DNA of 64,000 nt from Candidatus Fimisoma avicola (GCA_018714945.1 DVMO01000006.1:945-64944); one strand, 5' to 3'. Shown: positions 18,404 to 28,058, numbered from the stretch's first letter. Made by a program: numbers and translations. Notes: generated by a model from the sequence alone, not told the origin.

Positions 18404-21046
18404 ATGGACGGACCGGCCAGAGAAAAAAACGAAACAAGTCCTCTCTGCATGGGACTGCTGGCTCATGTAGACGCCGGAAAGACAACTTTATCAGAAGCCA
18501 TCCTCTACAGGACCGGGGCCATAAGGAAGCTGGGAAGAGTGGATCACGGCACCTCCTTTCTCGATAACGGTACGGTAGAACGGGAAAGGGGGATAACTGT
18601 TTTTTCAAAGGAGGCCCGATTCCTCACGGGAACAAGGGAAGTGACGCTGCTTGACACTCCCGGACATGCTGATTTCAGTGCTGAAGCTGAAAGGACACTA
18701 TCTGTCCTTGATCTGGCCATACTCATAGTCAGCGGGCCTGACGGTGTGCAGAGCCATACTAGGACCATCTGGAAGCTGCTGGATGCATACGGTATCCCTG
18801 TTTTTGTCTTTGTCAACAAGATGGACAGGGAGGGAAGCGACGGGAACAGAGTCCTGGCTGAGCTGAAAAAAGATTTCGGGCCCGGATTCGTTGCTTTTGA
18901 AAAGGAAGGACCTGCTGATACGGAAGATCTGGCCTGCTGCACAGAGGAGATGATGGAGGACTATCTGGAGACAGGCCAGATATCAGAAAGTGGTATCATT
19001 GCCGCCATAGAAAAAAGAAAAGCCTTTCCTGTTTTTTTCGGCTCTGCCCTTAGAGACCAGGGTGTGGAAGAACTGCTGAAAGCCATTGAGACCTACGGTC
19101 CGCGGCCGTCATATGGTGATGTTTTTTCAGCCCGTGTGTATAAAATATCCAGAGACAAAAGAGGCGTGCGCCAGACCCACATAAAGATCACAGGAGGCAG
19201 CCTGAAGAGCAAGGACATCATCAGAGGAAACGGCTGGGAAGAAAAAGCCGATGAGATACGCCTGTATTCAGGAGGCTCATATGTGCCGGCGGGAGAAGTC
19301 CGGTCAGGGCAGGTGTGCGCCGTGACAGGGCTTTCGCATACATATGCAGGCCAGGGACTGGGGGCGGAAACAGGTACAGCGGTACCGCTGATAGAGCCCG
19401 CCGTAACATACAGGATGATACTGCCCCAGGGAACAGATCCGGCTCAGGCCATGGAAAGGTTTTCACAGCTTGGTGAAGAGGATCCGGCTCTCCATATCAG
19501 GTGGGATGAACGGGCAGGGGAAATAAAGGTGAGCGCCATGGGCACTTTGGAACTGGAGATCCTCAAACGCATGGCAAAGGACCGGTTTGACCTCGATATT
19601 GAGTTTGACAGAGGCACAGTCATATATAAAGAGACCATAGCCTCTCCTGTTACAGGTATAGGCCACTTTGAACCTCTGAGACATTATGCGGAGGTCCATC
19701 TGCTGCTTGAACCGTTGGAAAGAGGAGCAGGGCTGGTTTTCTGTTCGGCTGTGAGCGAGGATGAACTGGACGGTAACTGGCAGCGGCTCATCATGACACA
19801 TCTGGCAGAAAAAGAACACCTGGGTGTTCTGACAGGATCGCCTGTAACCGATATGAAGATCACCCTGACAGCAGGGAGAGGCCATCTGAAACATACAGAA
19901 GGCGGTGATTTCAGGCAGGCAACTTACAGGGCCGTCAGACAGGGGCTCAAAAAAGCTGAGAGCATACTGCTGGAACCCATGTACGATTTTACCATAGAAG
20001 TCCCGGCCATAAATTCCGGACGCCTTCTGGCAGACCTTCACAGGATGGGAGCCTGCACCGGCCTGCCGCAGACATCACAGGACGGATCGGCATCAACGGT
20101 GGAGGGGACAGGACCTGTGGCTCTTTTGCAGGACTATCCAGTACAATTATCTGCCTATACGGGCGGAAGAGGAAAAATCTCCCTGACCTTTTCCGGTTAC
20201 GGACCATGTGCCGATCAGGAGCGCATAGTGAAGGAAAAAGCTTACGACTCAGAAAGGGACCTGGACAATCCTACGGGATCTGTTTTTTGTGAAAAAGGCG
20301 GAGCCATATATGTGAGCTGGGACAAGGTTGATGGATCAGCCCATATAAAGCCGGAAACTCTTTCCGCAGGCCATGCAGCAAGTGTGGACAGGGATATATC
20401 AAGACCGGAGGGGTCTCATGCCACCGATGAAGAACTGAATGCGATCTTTCTGCGCACATACGGAAAGAGCAAGAGGGATGAGGCAATCCGGCGCAGTCAG
20501 AAAAGCCGCGGCAGCCGCCCGTCTCGTCCGGCAGAAAGCCCGTTGCCTCCTCTCAGGGACAAAGACCGGAAAAAAGACCAGCTGCTGCTGATAGACGGAT
20601 ACAATGTGATATTCGCATGGGAAGAGCTGAAAGAACTGGCGGCGGCCAATCTGGATTCTGCAAGGGAAGCTTTTCTGGAAATAATGGAAAATTACAGCTC
20701 ATATAAAAATATCAGGACCATAGCTGTCTTTGACAGCTATAAAGTCAGCGGTGGGACAGGCTCGACAGTAAGGTACGGAATGCTGAGCGCGATATTTACC
20801 AGAGAAGCGGAGACTGCCGACAAGTTCATAGAAAAGGCCGTATACGAACTGAGGGGAAAATATCAAGTGCGTGTGGTTACTTCTGACAGGATGGTGCAGA
20901 TGGCCGCCTTGGGGGACGGGGCTCTGCGGACATCTTCGGCCGAGTTTTACACAGAGGTAACAAGTGTTTCGGAGGAGATAAGGCAAAAGCTCAAAAGTGC
21001 GGCAGGTTTTCGCAATCGTCCCTTTGAAGGCAAGTTAGATGTTTAA
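18404..21046 (+). CDS. TetM/TetO/EF-G-like translational GTPase fused to a C-terminal Rae1/YacP-type NYN (PIN-like) ribonuclease domain
   Basis: G1 AHVDAGKTT, G3 DTPGH, G4 NKMD, with TetM-like domains II-V. A basic linker is followed (nt 20579-21043) by LLLIDGYNVIFAW ... VFDSY ... REAETADKFIEK ... VVTSDRMVQ, which is collinear with B. subtilis YacP/Rae1. Start chosen at 18404 (GGAGG RBS). Confidence 0.8.
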   Translation: MDGPAREKNETSPLCMGLLAHVDAGKTTLSEAILYRTGAIRKLGRVDHGTSFLDNGTVERERGITVFSKEARFLTGTREVTLLDTPGHADFSAEAERTLSVLDLAILIVSGPDGVQSHTRTIWKLLDAYGIPVFVFVNKMDREGSDGNRVLAELKKDFGPGFVAFEKEGPADTEDLACCTEEMMEDYLETGQISESGIIAAIEKRKAFPVFFGSALRDQGVEELLKAIETYGPRPSYGDVFSARVYKISRDKRGVRQTHIKITGGSLKSKDIIRGNGWEEKADEIRLYSGGSYVPAGEVRSGQVCAVTGLSHTYAGQGLGAETGTAVPLIEPAVTYRMILPQGTDPAQAMERFSQLGEEDPALHIRWDERAGEIKVSAMGTLELEILKRMAKDRFDLDIEFDRGTVIYKETIASPVTGIGHFEPLRHYAEVHLLLEPLERGAGLVFCSAVSEDELDGNWQRLIMTHLAEKEHLGVLTGSPVTDMKITLTAGRGHLKHTEGGDFRQATYRAVRQGLKKAESILLEPMYDFTIEVPAINSGRLLADLHRMGACTGLPQTSQDGSASTVEGTGPVALLQDYPVQLSAYTGGRGKISLTFSGYGPCADQERIVKEKAYDSERDLDNPTGSVFCEKGGAIYVSWDKVDGSAHIKPETLSAGHAASVDRDISRPEGSHATDEELNAIFLRTYGKSKRDEAIRRSQKSRGSRPSRPAESPLPPLRDKDRKKDQLLLIDGYNVIFAWEELKELAAANLDSAREAFLEIMENYSSYKNIRTIAVFDSYKVSGGTGSTVRYGMLSAIFTREAETADKFIEKAVYELRGKYQVRVVTSDRMVQMAALGDGALRTSSAEFYTEVTSVSEEIRQKLKSAAGFRNRPFEGKLDV

Positions 21047-21099
21047 ACTCTTATATTGAGGGAATAATATAATAAATGACTAAGCAGGAGGTACAAAAG

Positions 21100-21468
21100 A
21101 TGAAATTTTATGTTTGCGAACATTGCGGAAATATCGTTGAAAAAGTGGTAGACAAAGGAGTTCCCGTAGTCTGCTGCGGAGAAAAGATGAAAGAACTGGT
21201 AGCCGGTTCTGTAGACGCTGCTGCCGAAAAGCATGTTCCGGCAGTTGTATGTGAAGGTGACAAGGTGACTGTTACCGTGGGCGATGTGGAACATCCTATG
21301 GTAGAAGAACATTACATCGGATGGGTTGCCATCGAAACAGAGCAGGGCGTGCAGAGAAAATATCTCAAGGCCGGACAGAAGCCGCAGGTGCAGTTTGTCC
21401 TTGCAGATGGAGACAAGCTTGTGGCAGCATACGCATGGTGCAATCTCCACGGCCTGTGGAAGAAATAA
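21100..21468 (+). CDS. dfx: Desulfoferrodoxin (class I superoxide reductase)
   Basis: MKFYVCEHCGNIVE...VVCCGEKM desulforedoxin-like centre I. HPM..EHYI.W and C..HGLW centre II motifs. Start at 21100 behind AGGAGG. Confidence 0.9.
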   Translation: MKFYVCEHCGNIVEKVVDKGVPVVCCGEKMKELVAGSVDAAAEKHVPAVVCEGDKVTVTVGDVEHPMVEEHYIGWVAIETEQGVQRKYLKAGQKPQVQFVLADGDKLVAAYAWCNLHGLWKK

Positions 21469-21503
21469 AAGAAACATACAGACATCAGGGCAAAGGCCAA
21501 TGT

Positions 21504-21538
21504 CCGGCAGATCATATGATCTGCCGGTTTCTCTTTTT
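21504..21538 (+). terminator. Rho-independent terminator after dfx
   Basis: CCGGCAGATCATATGATCTGCCGG perfect palindrome followed by a T-rich tract. Confidence 0.8.
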
Positions 21539-21651
21539 GCCGTTCTTTACATGCATATGCGCCCCATTGACAAAAAACTAACAAAAATTTCAGGAAAAGT
21601 ATTGACAAAAAAATAACAATATAGTATCCTTATAACAAAGGAGGGATAATC

Positions 21652-22353
21652 ATGTTATATGTTTCAACCAGTGAAGTCTTTGACAATACTTACCCAGGCA
21701 CCATACAGGACCGTCAGGAGATCGTAAACACCACTGCCGACAGAGAAACCATCAAAAAGGTGATCGGAGAAAATGTTTACATACAGGCGGCCCTGGTAAA
21801 AGAAACGGATTTTGTGATCGAATCTGTCAGAAGAGATAAAAAATTAAAACCTGAGCGCTGCGGTACAAACTGTATGTTCTTTTTGGACGGCGATGAAGGC
21901 AGGCTCCTTTCCGACTTATCTGCTGTATACCGCAGACTTAAACCGGTGACTGATAATGAGGGAAACCTCATTGGCTATCAGTCATCAGCCACCTCCCCTG
22001 TGGCCATAGAGCTGGTCAAAGAAATGGCCGAAGAAGGGGAACTGGATGATCTTATCTCCCATTTCATGCTTCCGGGAGAAACGGTCAACACTCCCCAGAG
22101 AGGTACATTTGCCGCCAGGATCGAAGGGGGAGAAGCGGACAAAGAATATATGGACCGCTGGACCAGTGGAGAATATTACAAGGTACTGGTCAATCACAAG
22201 AACAGGGCAGGAGCCGGTGTCATAGGGAGCAATCAGTCCAGATCAAAGGATATAGAAAAAGACCCTTATATCCAGGCGCTTATAGCTCTTGGGCATGAAG
22301 TATATGTATGCGGTTATGATGAAGATACATCCCACAGGATCGTGATAAAATAA
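21652..22353 (+). CDS. Hypothetical protein, 233 aa, no family recognised
   Basis: Good GGAGGG RBS, coding-like composition, own terminator. I recognise no motif. Confidence 0.5.
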   Translation: MLYVSTSEVFDNTYPGTIQDRQEIVNTTADRETIKKVIGENVYIQAALVKETDFVIESVRRDKKLKPERCGTNCMFFLDGDEGRLLSDLSAVYRRLKPVTDNEGNLIGYQSSATSPVAIELVKEMAEEGELDDLISHFMLPGETVNTPQRGTFAARIEGGEADKEYMDRWTSGEYYKVLVNHKNRAGAGVIGSNQSRSKDIEKDPYIQALIALGHEVYVCGYDEDTSHRIVIK

Positions 22354-22425
22354 GCTGCGGGACTGATACAGGCCGTTTGCATCTGGCAGCGGCAGGGCAG
22401 ACGGGATGCAGCGAAATTAAAAAAA

Positions 22426-22448
22426 CCAGCAGGCAATGACCCTGCTGG
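22426..22448. terminator. Bidirectional terminator between convergent genes
   Basis: CCAGCAGG-CAATGAC-CCTGCTGG flanked by A7 upstream and T5 downstream. Confidence 0.7.
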
Positions 22449-22509
22449 ATTTTTCTTTGGTATGGGAAGCCGCAGGACAAATGTCTGTCTGCGGCGGGCC
22501 GCAAAGCCC

Positions 22510-23394
22510 CTATAGTTTTATATCTCCTTCGGCCAGCATCACGGCGCTGCCGCCTACCTGTATGGTGCACTTGTCTCCGTCTGCCTCGATATGGCTGAGG
22601 ATAACAGATGGTCTGTCCATCTTTTCACCCTGAACAAAGCGGCAGTCGTCTCCGCTCCTGACAAAACCGTTCAGGTATCCGTAATAAGTCAGAGCGCCGT
22701 TGGAAGTTCCGGTGGCCGCTTCTTCATCAATATCATACAGAGGGGCAAAGTTCCTTACATGGCAAGTCGTACCCTCCTGGCAGTCTGTGGTAAAGGCATG
22801 GACTCCTACGACTTCATACTTTTCCGACAGTTTGGACAGAGCCGGAAAATCAGGCGATATGGCCTCAAGATCCGCCTGAGAGGCTACAGGCATCATAATG
22901 TCAGGAAGTCCGGTTGAGATCATCTGAGGCAGCAGGTCCACACCTTTAGCCTTCTGGTCTTTATAGTCCAGCCCCATGATCGAATACAGCTCCTCAAGGG
23001 CTGCCTCGTCGGAAATTTCATTTATCTTTACAGGCGAAGCCATGTCCATCAGGACAAATCCGTCTCTCACATCAATGTTAAGGTCTCCGGAAAGAGTGTG
23101 GTTCATGTATCTGCTGTTGTCCTTGATATGACCGCCATCCAGCAGAGCCTTAAAGGAACCGATGGTGGCATGGCCGCATAGCTCTACCTCAGCTGCCGGA
23201 GTAAAGTAACGGATGTTAAATTCACTTTCGTTCAGACGCCTTATGAAGGCTGTTTCAGAATACCGGAGTTCGGCGGCTGTCTTGACCATGACCTCATCTG
23301 GCGGAAAATCTGCGCCATCAGGAAGGATGACTACGCCGGCCGGGTTTCCTCCAAAAAGTGTTTCCGTAAAAGCGTCTACGATGTAAAATTTCAT
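22510..23394 (-). CDS. PhzF-family isomerase
   Basis: MKFYIVDAFT...F.GNPAGVV, ETAF and ELCGHATIG motifs. Start at 23394 behind AGGAGGC; the ORF track starts at 23421. Confidence 0.85.
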   Translation of the reverse strand: MKFYIVDAFTETLFGGNPAGVVILPDGADFPPDEVMVKTAAELRYSETAFIRRLNESEFNIRYFTPAAEVELCGHATIGSFKALLDGGHIKDNSRYMNHTLSGDLNIDVRDGFVLMDMASPVKINEISDEAALEELYSIMGLDYKDQKAKGVDLLPQMISTGLPDIMMPVASQADLEAISPDFPALSKLSEKYEVVGVHAFTTDCQEGTTCHVRNFAPLYDIDEEAATGTSNGALTYYGYLNGFVRSGDDCRFVQGEKMDRPSVILSHIEADGDKCTIQVGGSAVMLAEGDIKL

Positions 23395-23475
23395 TTTCTG
23401 GCCTCCTTTTGCTAAATTCACAAAATCTGCATAAAGTCATTTTTCTGTGGGATACAAATAAATAGTAAAATCATA

Positions 23476-25050
23476 ATGAGTGAACATAAGATCACCTATG
23501 ATACAAGTATATTTCAATTTGGAAAAGATAGCAATAACGCAGATGAGGAAATTTTCATGGAAAAACTCAAAGAAATGATAAATATGTTCAGAGAATATCC
23601 CTTTGCCGTCAATGGCGCCCGTTTTGTCATGACCATAGTCCTGACAGTTTTAATGTACGCCCTTTCTATGCCGCTGCCGTGGAAAATGGCATTACTGGCT
23701 GCCGCTGCGGCAATAAACTATAAAATGTTCCTGGATTGTGCAGCCGCATTGTCGGCAAAGAAAGCAGATGAGAACCTGCTGCCGTCACTGGCGGTCATAT
23801 TGTCGGCCGCAGCGCTTGCGCCCGGCTGCGGAGGAGCGGTATTGGCTGCGGTATCTCTGTCAGGGCTTGCAGCTGATCTGATCGCTCCTGAAAAGAAAAA
23901 AGACAGCTGCAGGGGATTCAGGCCAAAGGGCAGATGGGCGCTGATATTTGCCGGCGCCGGATTGGTAGTTCTTCTGGCGTGGATGATCGTGACGGGTGTA
24001 AACGGCAGCATACAGTGGAAACAGGGGCTGCTGCATGGCGCGGCACTTATGGCCGCAGTATGCGGGGCTGATCTTGTATGCGAAAAAAAACTGGCATTCA
24101 GGAAAGCTCTCAGGCAGATCAGAGAAACAGGGACAAAACTGAGGGGCAGCTCAGATGATGATGGTACGGAAGAAACAGTTAAAAACATTGGAAAGGCCGA
24201 CACTCTTATATTGGAACAAAAAAACATAGTCACCCTGGATGAAAGGATCGTCACCGAAATCTGGACCTTTTCCCATATGGATGAGCAGCATATCCTGCAT
24301 CTGTTCAACACCGCCGAGGATAACCGTAAAGGACCGGCAGGAAAAAGGATCGAGATCTCAGAAAACGGCACGAGATACATTATCGGAAAACCTACCCAGA
24401 TAAAAGGGGCGCCGAGAAAAGACGGCCATTGGCCGGAAGCGGCGGAGCGGGCTGATATGATCCGGCGGATGGGAAGGATACCGGTACTCATATGCGATAA
24501 TGAAAAAATCCTGGGGATGGTCTCAGTGGAAGAAAAGCTGAACCCCACAGCAGCAGAGGCCATGACAATGATAGGAGCCATGGGGATAGGAACGGTGATG
24601 TTTTCTGAAAATGACAGGCTGACCGCAGACTCAGTGGGCAGAAAGGCAGGAATAGGGACGGTGTATTCCGGACAGTCAAGGTCAAGCAAGCGCAGCCTGA
24701 TGGCTGATCTGGAAGCCCAAGGCAAGACGGTCGCTTTTATGGGAGAGACTCCTAAAGCAGTCATCGGGATGGGAGCGCAGGTCTCCATGGCCATCGGTCC
24801 GGGCGGCGCCGCAGATGCAGAAGTCCCCGACAACGACTTGCTGCGCATAGAAAAGCTGTTTAAAGCAGGCAAAAAGATGGCAGAGAAGCTAAAGCGGGTA
24901 AAGAGGCTGTCAGAAATATATGATGCAGCCGCAGCGCTGATGCTGACCGGGATCATGTACCTTGTTTCCGGCTCCGGGGCAGATCCGCTTACGGGATCGC
25001 TGGCGTTCACAGGCTTTATTGTCATAAGGCTTGCACTTTCCTTTTGGTAA
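23476..25050 (+). CDS. Membrane protein with a degenerate P-type-ATPase P/N-domain (all catalytic motifs lost)
   Basis: Collinear with the C-terminal half of heavy-metal P-type ATPases, but DKTGTLT is replaced by EQKNIVT, TGDN by SEND and GDGINDAP by GETPKAV. No TGES actuator domain is seen. Several TM helices sit at both ends. Confidence 0.6.
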   Translation: MSEHKITYDTSIFQFGKDSNNADEEIFMEKLKEMINMFREYPFAVNGARFVMTIVLTVLMYALSMPLPWKMALLAAAAAINYKMFLDCAAALSAKKADENLLPSLAVILSAAALAPGCGGAVLAAVSLSGLAADLIAPEKKKDSCRGFRPKGRWALIFAGAGLVVLLAWMIVTGVNGSIQWKQGLLHGAALMAAVCGADLVCEKKLAFRKALRQIRETGTKLRGSSDDDGTEETVKNIGKADTLILEQKNIVTLDERIVTEIWTFSHMDEQHILHLFNTAEDNRKGPAGKRIEISENGTRYIIGKPTQIKGAPRKDGHWPEAAERADMIRRMGRIPVLICDNEKILGMVSVEEKLNPTAAEAMTMIGAMGIGTVMFSENDRLTADSVGRKAGIGTVYSGQSRSSKRSLMADLEAQGKTVAFMGETPKAVIGMGAQVSMAIGPGGAADAEVPDNDLLRIEKLFKAGKKMAEKLKRVKRLSEIYDAAAALMLTGIMYLVSGSGADPLTGSLAFTGFIVIRLALSFW

Positions 25051-25117
25051 CGGATATGTTATAATATGGCCATAAAACAAGCCGCCATATTTTGATCAAA
25101 ATGCCCAGAGGTAAGAC

Positions 25118-26095
25118 ATGGACAAACGATATTATTACAGGATCCTCGGTCTGGTAGGAGAACCCACCCGTGACCAGATCGAAGCCGCTTACGAGACAAG
25201 GATCGCAAAGCTCCGTTCATCAGATTACGGAGATGATCCGCTGTACGCCAGGAGAAAGATAAGCGAAGTGACCATGGCGTACAAAGTGCTGACCGGAAGT
25301 GCGCCGCCTGTCAGCAAAGGCCAGAAAAAAATGGCCTTCGAGCGGTTTAAAGATTACATAGAAAACCGGGAGGGAAACGACACCAAGGAAGAACTTCACG
25401 ACTATGATGATTTCCGTGCGGAGAAGCAGACCGCCAGGAAGTCTCACCAGGCCAAGGCCATGAGAGCCGAAGCCCATACCGGCAAAAGGGTATATCCCCA
25501 TTCTGAAAAAAGGAATACAGGAAAGATCGTTGCGATCATCGTCATCATTGCAGGCGTGGTGCTGGTCGGAGTGGCTTCTGTCATAGGGAGCAGCATCTTT
25601 GACGAGGTAAGGCAGGGAATAACAGACGCCTTCATGGAAGAGGACTATGATTACGGAGCCGTCACTTCTACGGTCACGGTAGAAGAGCAGGAAGCAATAG
25701 ATGATGCGCAGAGCATGTGCTTTGGGATAGACTTTTACGAGGGCCTTGATACAAGCGCCACAAGCGGCAATCGTGATGATGTCATCTGGGGCGAAGGAAC
25801 CGATGAATACGCTCAGGGTGATCTGTTTGACAATACATGTTATCTTTTATATTCAATGGGGATCTATAATGTCAGCGGATACTTTGATTATGTTACAGGT
25901 ATCCAGGACTTCTTCTTTGAATATGACGATGCAGACTGCGCAGCAGTAGTCGTTGATTTTATGGGAGCTCCTGATTTTGAGGAGGTGGCAGGAGCCATTG
26001 ACCTTTACACCGGAGAACCCATCCTGATCTATTCAGAATATCTGCAATATCTTGAAAGGATTGTATATGGATACACAGAAAGCGGCGCTGTTTGA
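25118..26095 (+). CDS. J-domain-like membrane-anchored protein lacking the HPD motif
   Basis: YYRILGL....T.DQIEAAY...IAKL ... MAYKVL follows J-domain helices I-III, but RSSDYGDDP replaces KYHPDKN. One TM helix (IVAIIVIIAGVVLVGVASVIG), acidic C-terminal domain. Confidence 0.5.
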   Translation: MDKRYYYRILGLVGEPTRDQIEAAYETRIAKLRSSDYGDDPLYARRKISEVTMAYKVLTGSAPPVSKGQKKMAFERFKDYIENREGNDTKEELHDYDDFRAEKQTARKSHQAKAMRAEAHTGKRVYPHSEKRNTGKIVAIIVIIAGVVLVGVASVIGSSIFDEVRQGITDAFMEEDYDYGAVTSTVTVEEQEAIDDAQSMCFGIDFYEGLDTSATSGNRDDVIWGEGTDEYAQGDLFDNTCYLLYSMGIYNVSGYFDYVTGIQDFFFEYDDADCAAVVVDFMGAPDFEEVAGAIDLYTGEPILIYSEYLQYLERIVYGYTESGAV

Positions 26096-27134
26096 TATGG
26101 CGCCGGTCAGATTTGACGGGAAAAAACTTGCTCTCCTGGATCAGACGAAACTGCCCGGAGAGGAAATATACATAGAGATACAGACCAAAGAAGATATGTG
26201 GGACGCGATCTACCACCTGAAGGTGAGAGGCGCTCCTGCCATAGGGGTGGCCGCAGCTTACGGACTGTATGCAGACTCTCTCAGGTTTGCAGGAAAGGAC
26301 ATGGCCGGCTTTAGGGAACATGTGAAAAAGAGTGCGGAATACCTGGAAAGCGCCAGGCCGACAGCTGTCAATCTGGCGTGGGCGCTGAAGAGGATGTTTT
26401 CGGTCATAAAAGACCGTCAAGACCTGACTGTGGAAGCCGCACAGGAACTGCTCAGAACTGAGGCCGTAAGGATCCATGACGAAGATGTGGCGGCCTGCAA
26501 AGCCATGGGTGAATACGGGCTTTCCCTCCTCAAACCGGGAATGGGGATACTGACCCACTGTAATGCCGGGACCATAGCCACCGCCAAATACGGAACATGT
26601 CTTGCGCCCATATATTTAGGACAGGAAAGGGGATATGGCTTCAAGGTATTTGCCGACGAAACCAGACCTCTGCTCCAGGGAGCCCGCCTGACTTCATGGG
26701 AACTGAACAAGGCAGGAGTGGATGTTACACTGATATGTGACAACATGGCGTCGTCTGTTATGAAAAAAGGCTGGATAGACGCTGTGGTGGTGGGCTGCGA
26801 CAGGATGGCCGCCAACGGGGACGGAGCCAACAAGATAGGCACTTCGGGAGTTGCGATACTTGCCAAAGAGTACGGCATACCTTTCTATATGTTCGTGCCA
26901 ACTTCCACCATAGACATGGATACGCCGGACGGCGACCACATAAATATCGAGCTCCGCCAGGGGGATGAGATATATAAGATGTGGTACAAGAAGCCGATGG
27001 CGCCGGAAGGCATAAAAACATATAATCCGGCTTTCGATGTGACAGATAACAGGTATATAACGGCGGTAATAACCGAAAAAGGTGTGATAAGACCGCCTTT
27101 TAGCGAAAATTTGAGAAAGTTGATGAAAAAATAA
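26067..27134 (+). CDS. mtnA: S-methyl-5-thioribose-1-phosphate isomerase
   Basis: LDQT.LP, LKVRGAPAIG, TAVNL, THCNAG, ETRP.LQGARLT.WEL and VGCDR.AANGD motifs. Confidence 0.85.
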   Translation: MDTQKAALFDMAPVRFDGKKLALLDQTKLPGEEIYIEIQTKEDMWDAIYHLKVRGAPAIGVAAAYGLYADSLRFAGKDMAGFREHVKKSAEYLESARPTAVNLAWALKRMFSVIKDRQDLTVEAAQELLRTEAVRIHDEDVAACKAMGEYGLSLLKPGMGILTHCNAGTIATAKYGTCLAPIYLGQERGYGFKVFADETRPLLQGARLTSWELNKAGVDVTLICDNMASSVMKKGWIDAVVVGCDRMAANGDGANKIGTSGVAILAKEYGIPFYMFVPTSTIDMDTPDGDHINIELRQGDEIYKMWYKKPMAPEGIKTYNPAFDVTDNRYITAVITEKGVIRPPFSENLRKLMKK

Positions 27135-27146
27135 GGTGTTTTCCAG

Positions 27147-28058
27147 ATGGAGAGGATTGGACAAAAAGACAATTTCATAGCAAAACATGCCAAGATAGCC
27201 ACGGTGGTAGCCGTTATATTCGGTTCCACCTCAGGCATACTGGGCAATCTGATAACAGCTCCGGCCCTTGCCATAGGGTTCTGGAGACTTGCCATAGCGC
27301 TGCCGTTCTTCATCATCCCTGCAGTGGCTGACCGGGAGAAAAGGCACAAACTCAAAGGGATAAGCAAAAAAGACTACATACTCTGTTTTATTTCAGGAGC
27401 ATTTCTTTTCGGCCATTATTTTTCGTGGTTCAATGCGGTCAAGCTGACCAATGTGGCCAGCGCTTCGGTCCTTGCCGCCCTGCATCCTCTGGTGGTCCTC
27501 TTAGTAACGGTATTTGTCTACCGCAGGAAGGTCAGCCTCAGATCTGTGCTTGCCATAATAGTGGCTCTGCTTGGAGGAGTCCTTATCATGGGAGCCGATT
27601 ACAGCACTTTTGCAGGAGGAAATATCACAGGAAACATCTTCGCATTTTTTGCTGCTGTATTTATGGGACTGTATTTTGCCATGGGCGATGAGGTCAGGAA
27701 AAGAGTGGACGGAGGACTGTATGTGCTGCTGGTGTTCGCTTCATGCTGGATATGCTTTATCATCGGCAATATCGCCAGCGGTACAGAACTTTTGGGTTAC
27801 CGGCCAATGGATTATGTCTATCTTATCGTCATGGCCTTTGTATGCCAGATAGGTTCCCATGCTGTTTTCAACATGTGCATAGGCCATGTAAGCTCCCTTT
27901 ATGTGTCCACATGGGAAACGGCAGATGCGGTATTCGCGACCATAATGGCAGTGATCTTTCTGGGGCAGATACCGGAAATCTATGAAGCGGCCGGGTGCAT
28001 CATAGTCGTCGGGGCCCTGCTCTATTACAACCGACAGGAGAGTAAAAACCAGCAATGA
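27147..28058 (+). CDS. DMT-superfamily (EamA-type) transporter
   Basis: 303 aa, ten predicted TM segments. Confidence 0.8.
   Translation: MERIGQKDNFIAKHAKIATVVAVIFGSTSGILGNLITAPALAIGFWRLAIALPFFIIPAVADREKRHKLKGISKKDYILCFISGAFLFGHYFSWFNAVKLTNVASASVLAALHPLVVLLVTVFVYRRKVSLRSVLAIIVALLGGVLIMGADYSTFAGGNITGNIFAFFAAVFMGLYFAMGDEVRKRVDGGLYVLLVFASCWICFIIGNIASGTELLGYRPMDYVYLIVMAFVCQIGSHAVFNMCIGHVSSLYVSTWETADAVFATIMAVIFLGQIPEIYEAAGCIIVVGALLYYNRQESKNQQ

Noticed and set aside
23718-25025. 435-aa minus-strand ORF inside the degenerate P-type-ATPase gene.
   Set aside because: The Ser/Ala/Pro-rich low-complexity translation is typical of the antisense frame of a GC-rich gene. The plus-strand frame shows collinear homology to P-type ATPases.
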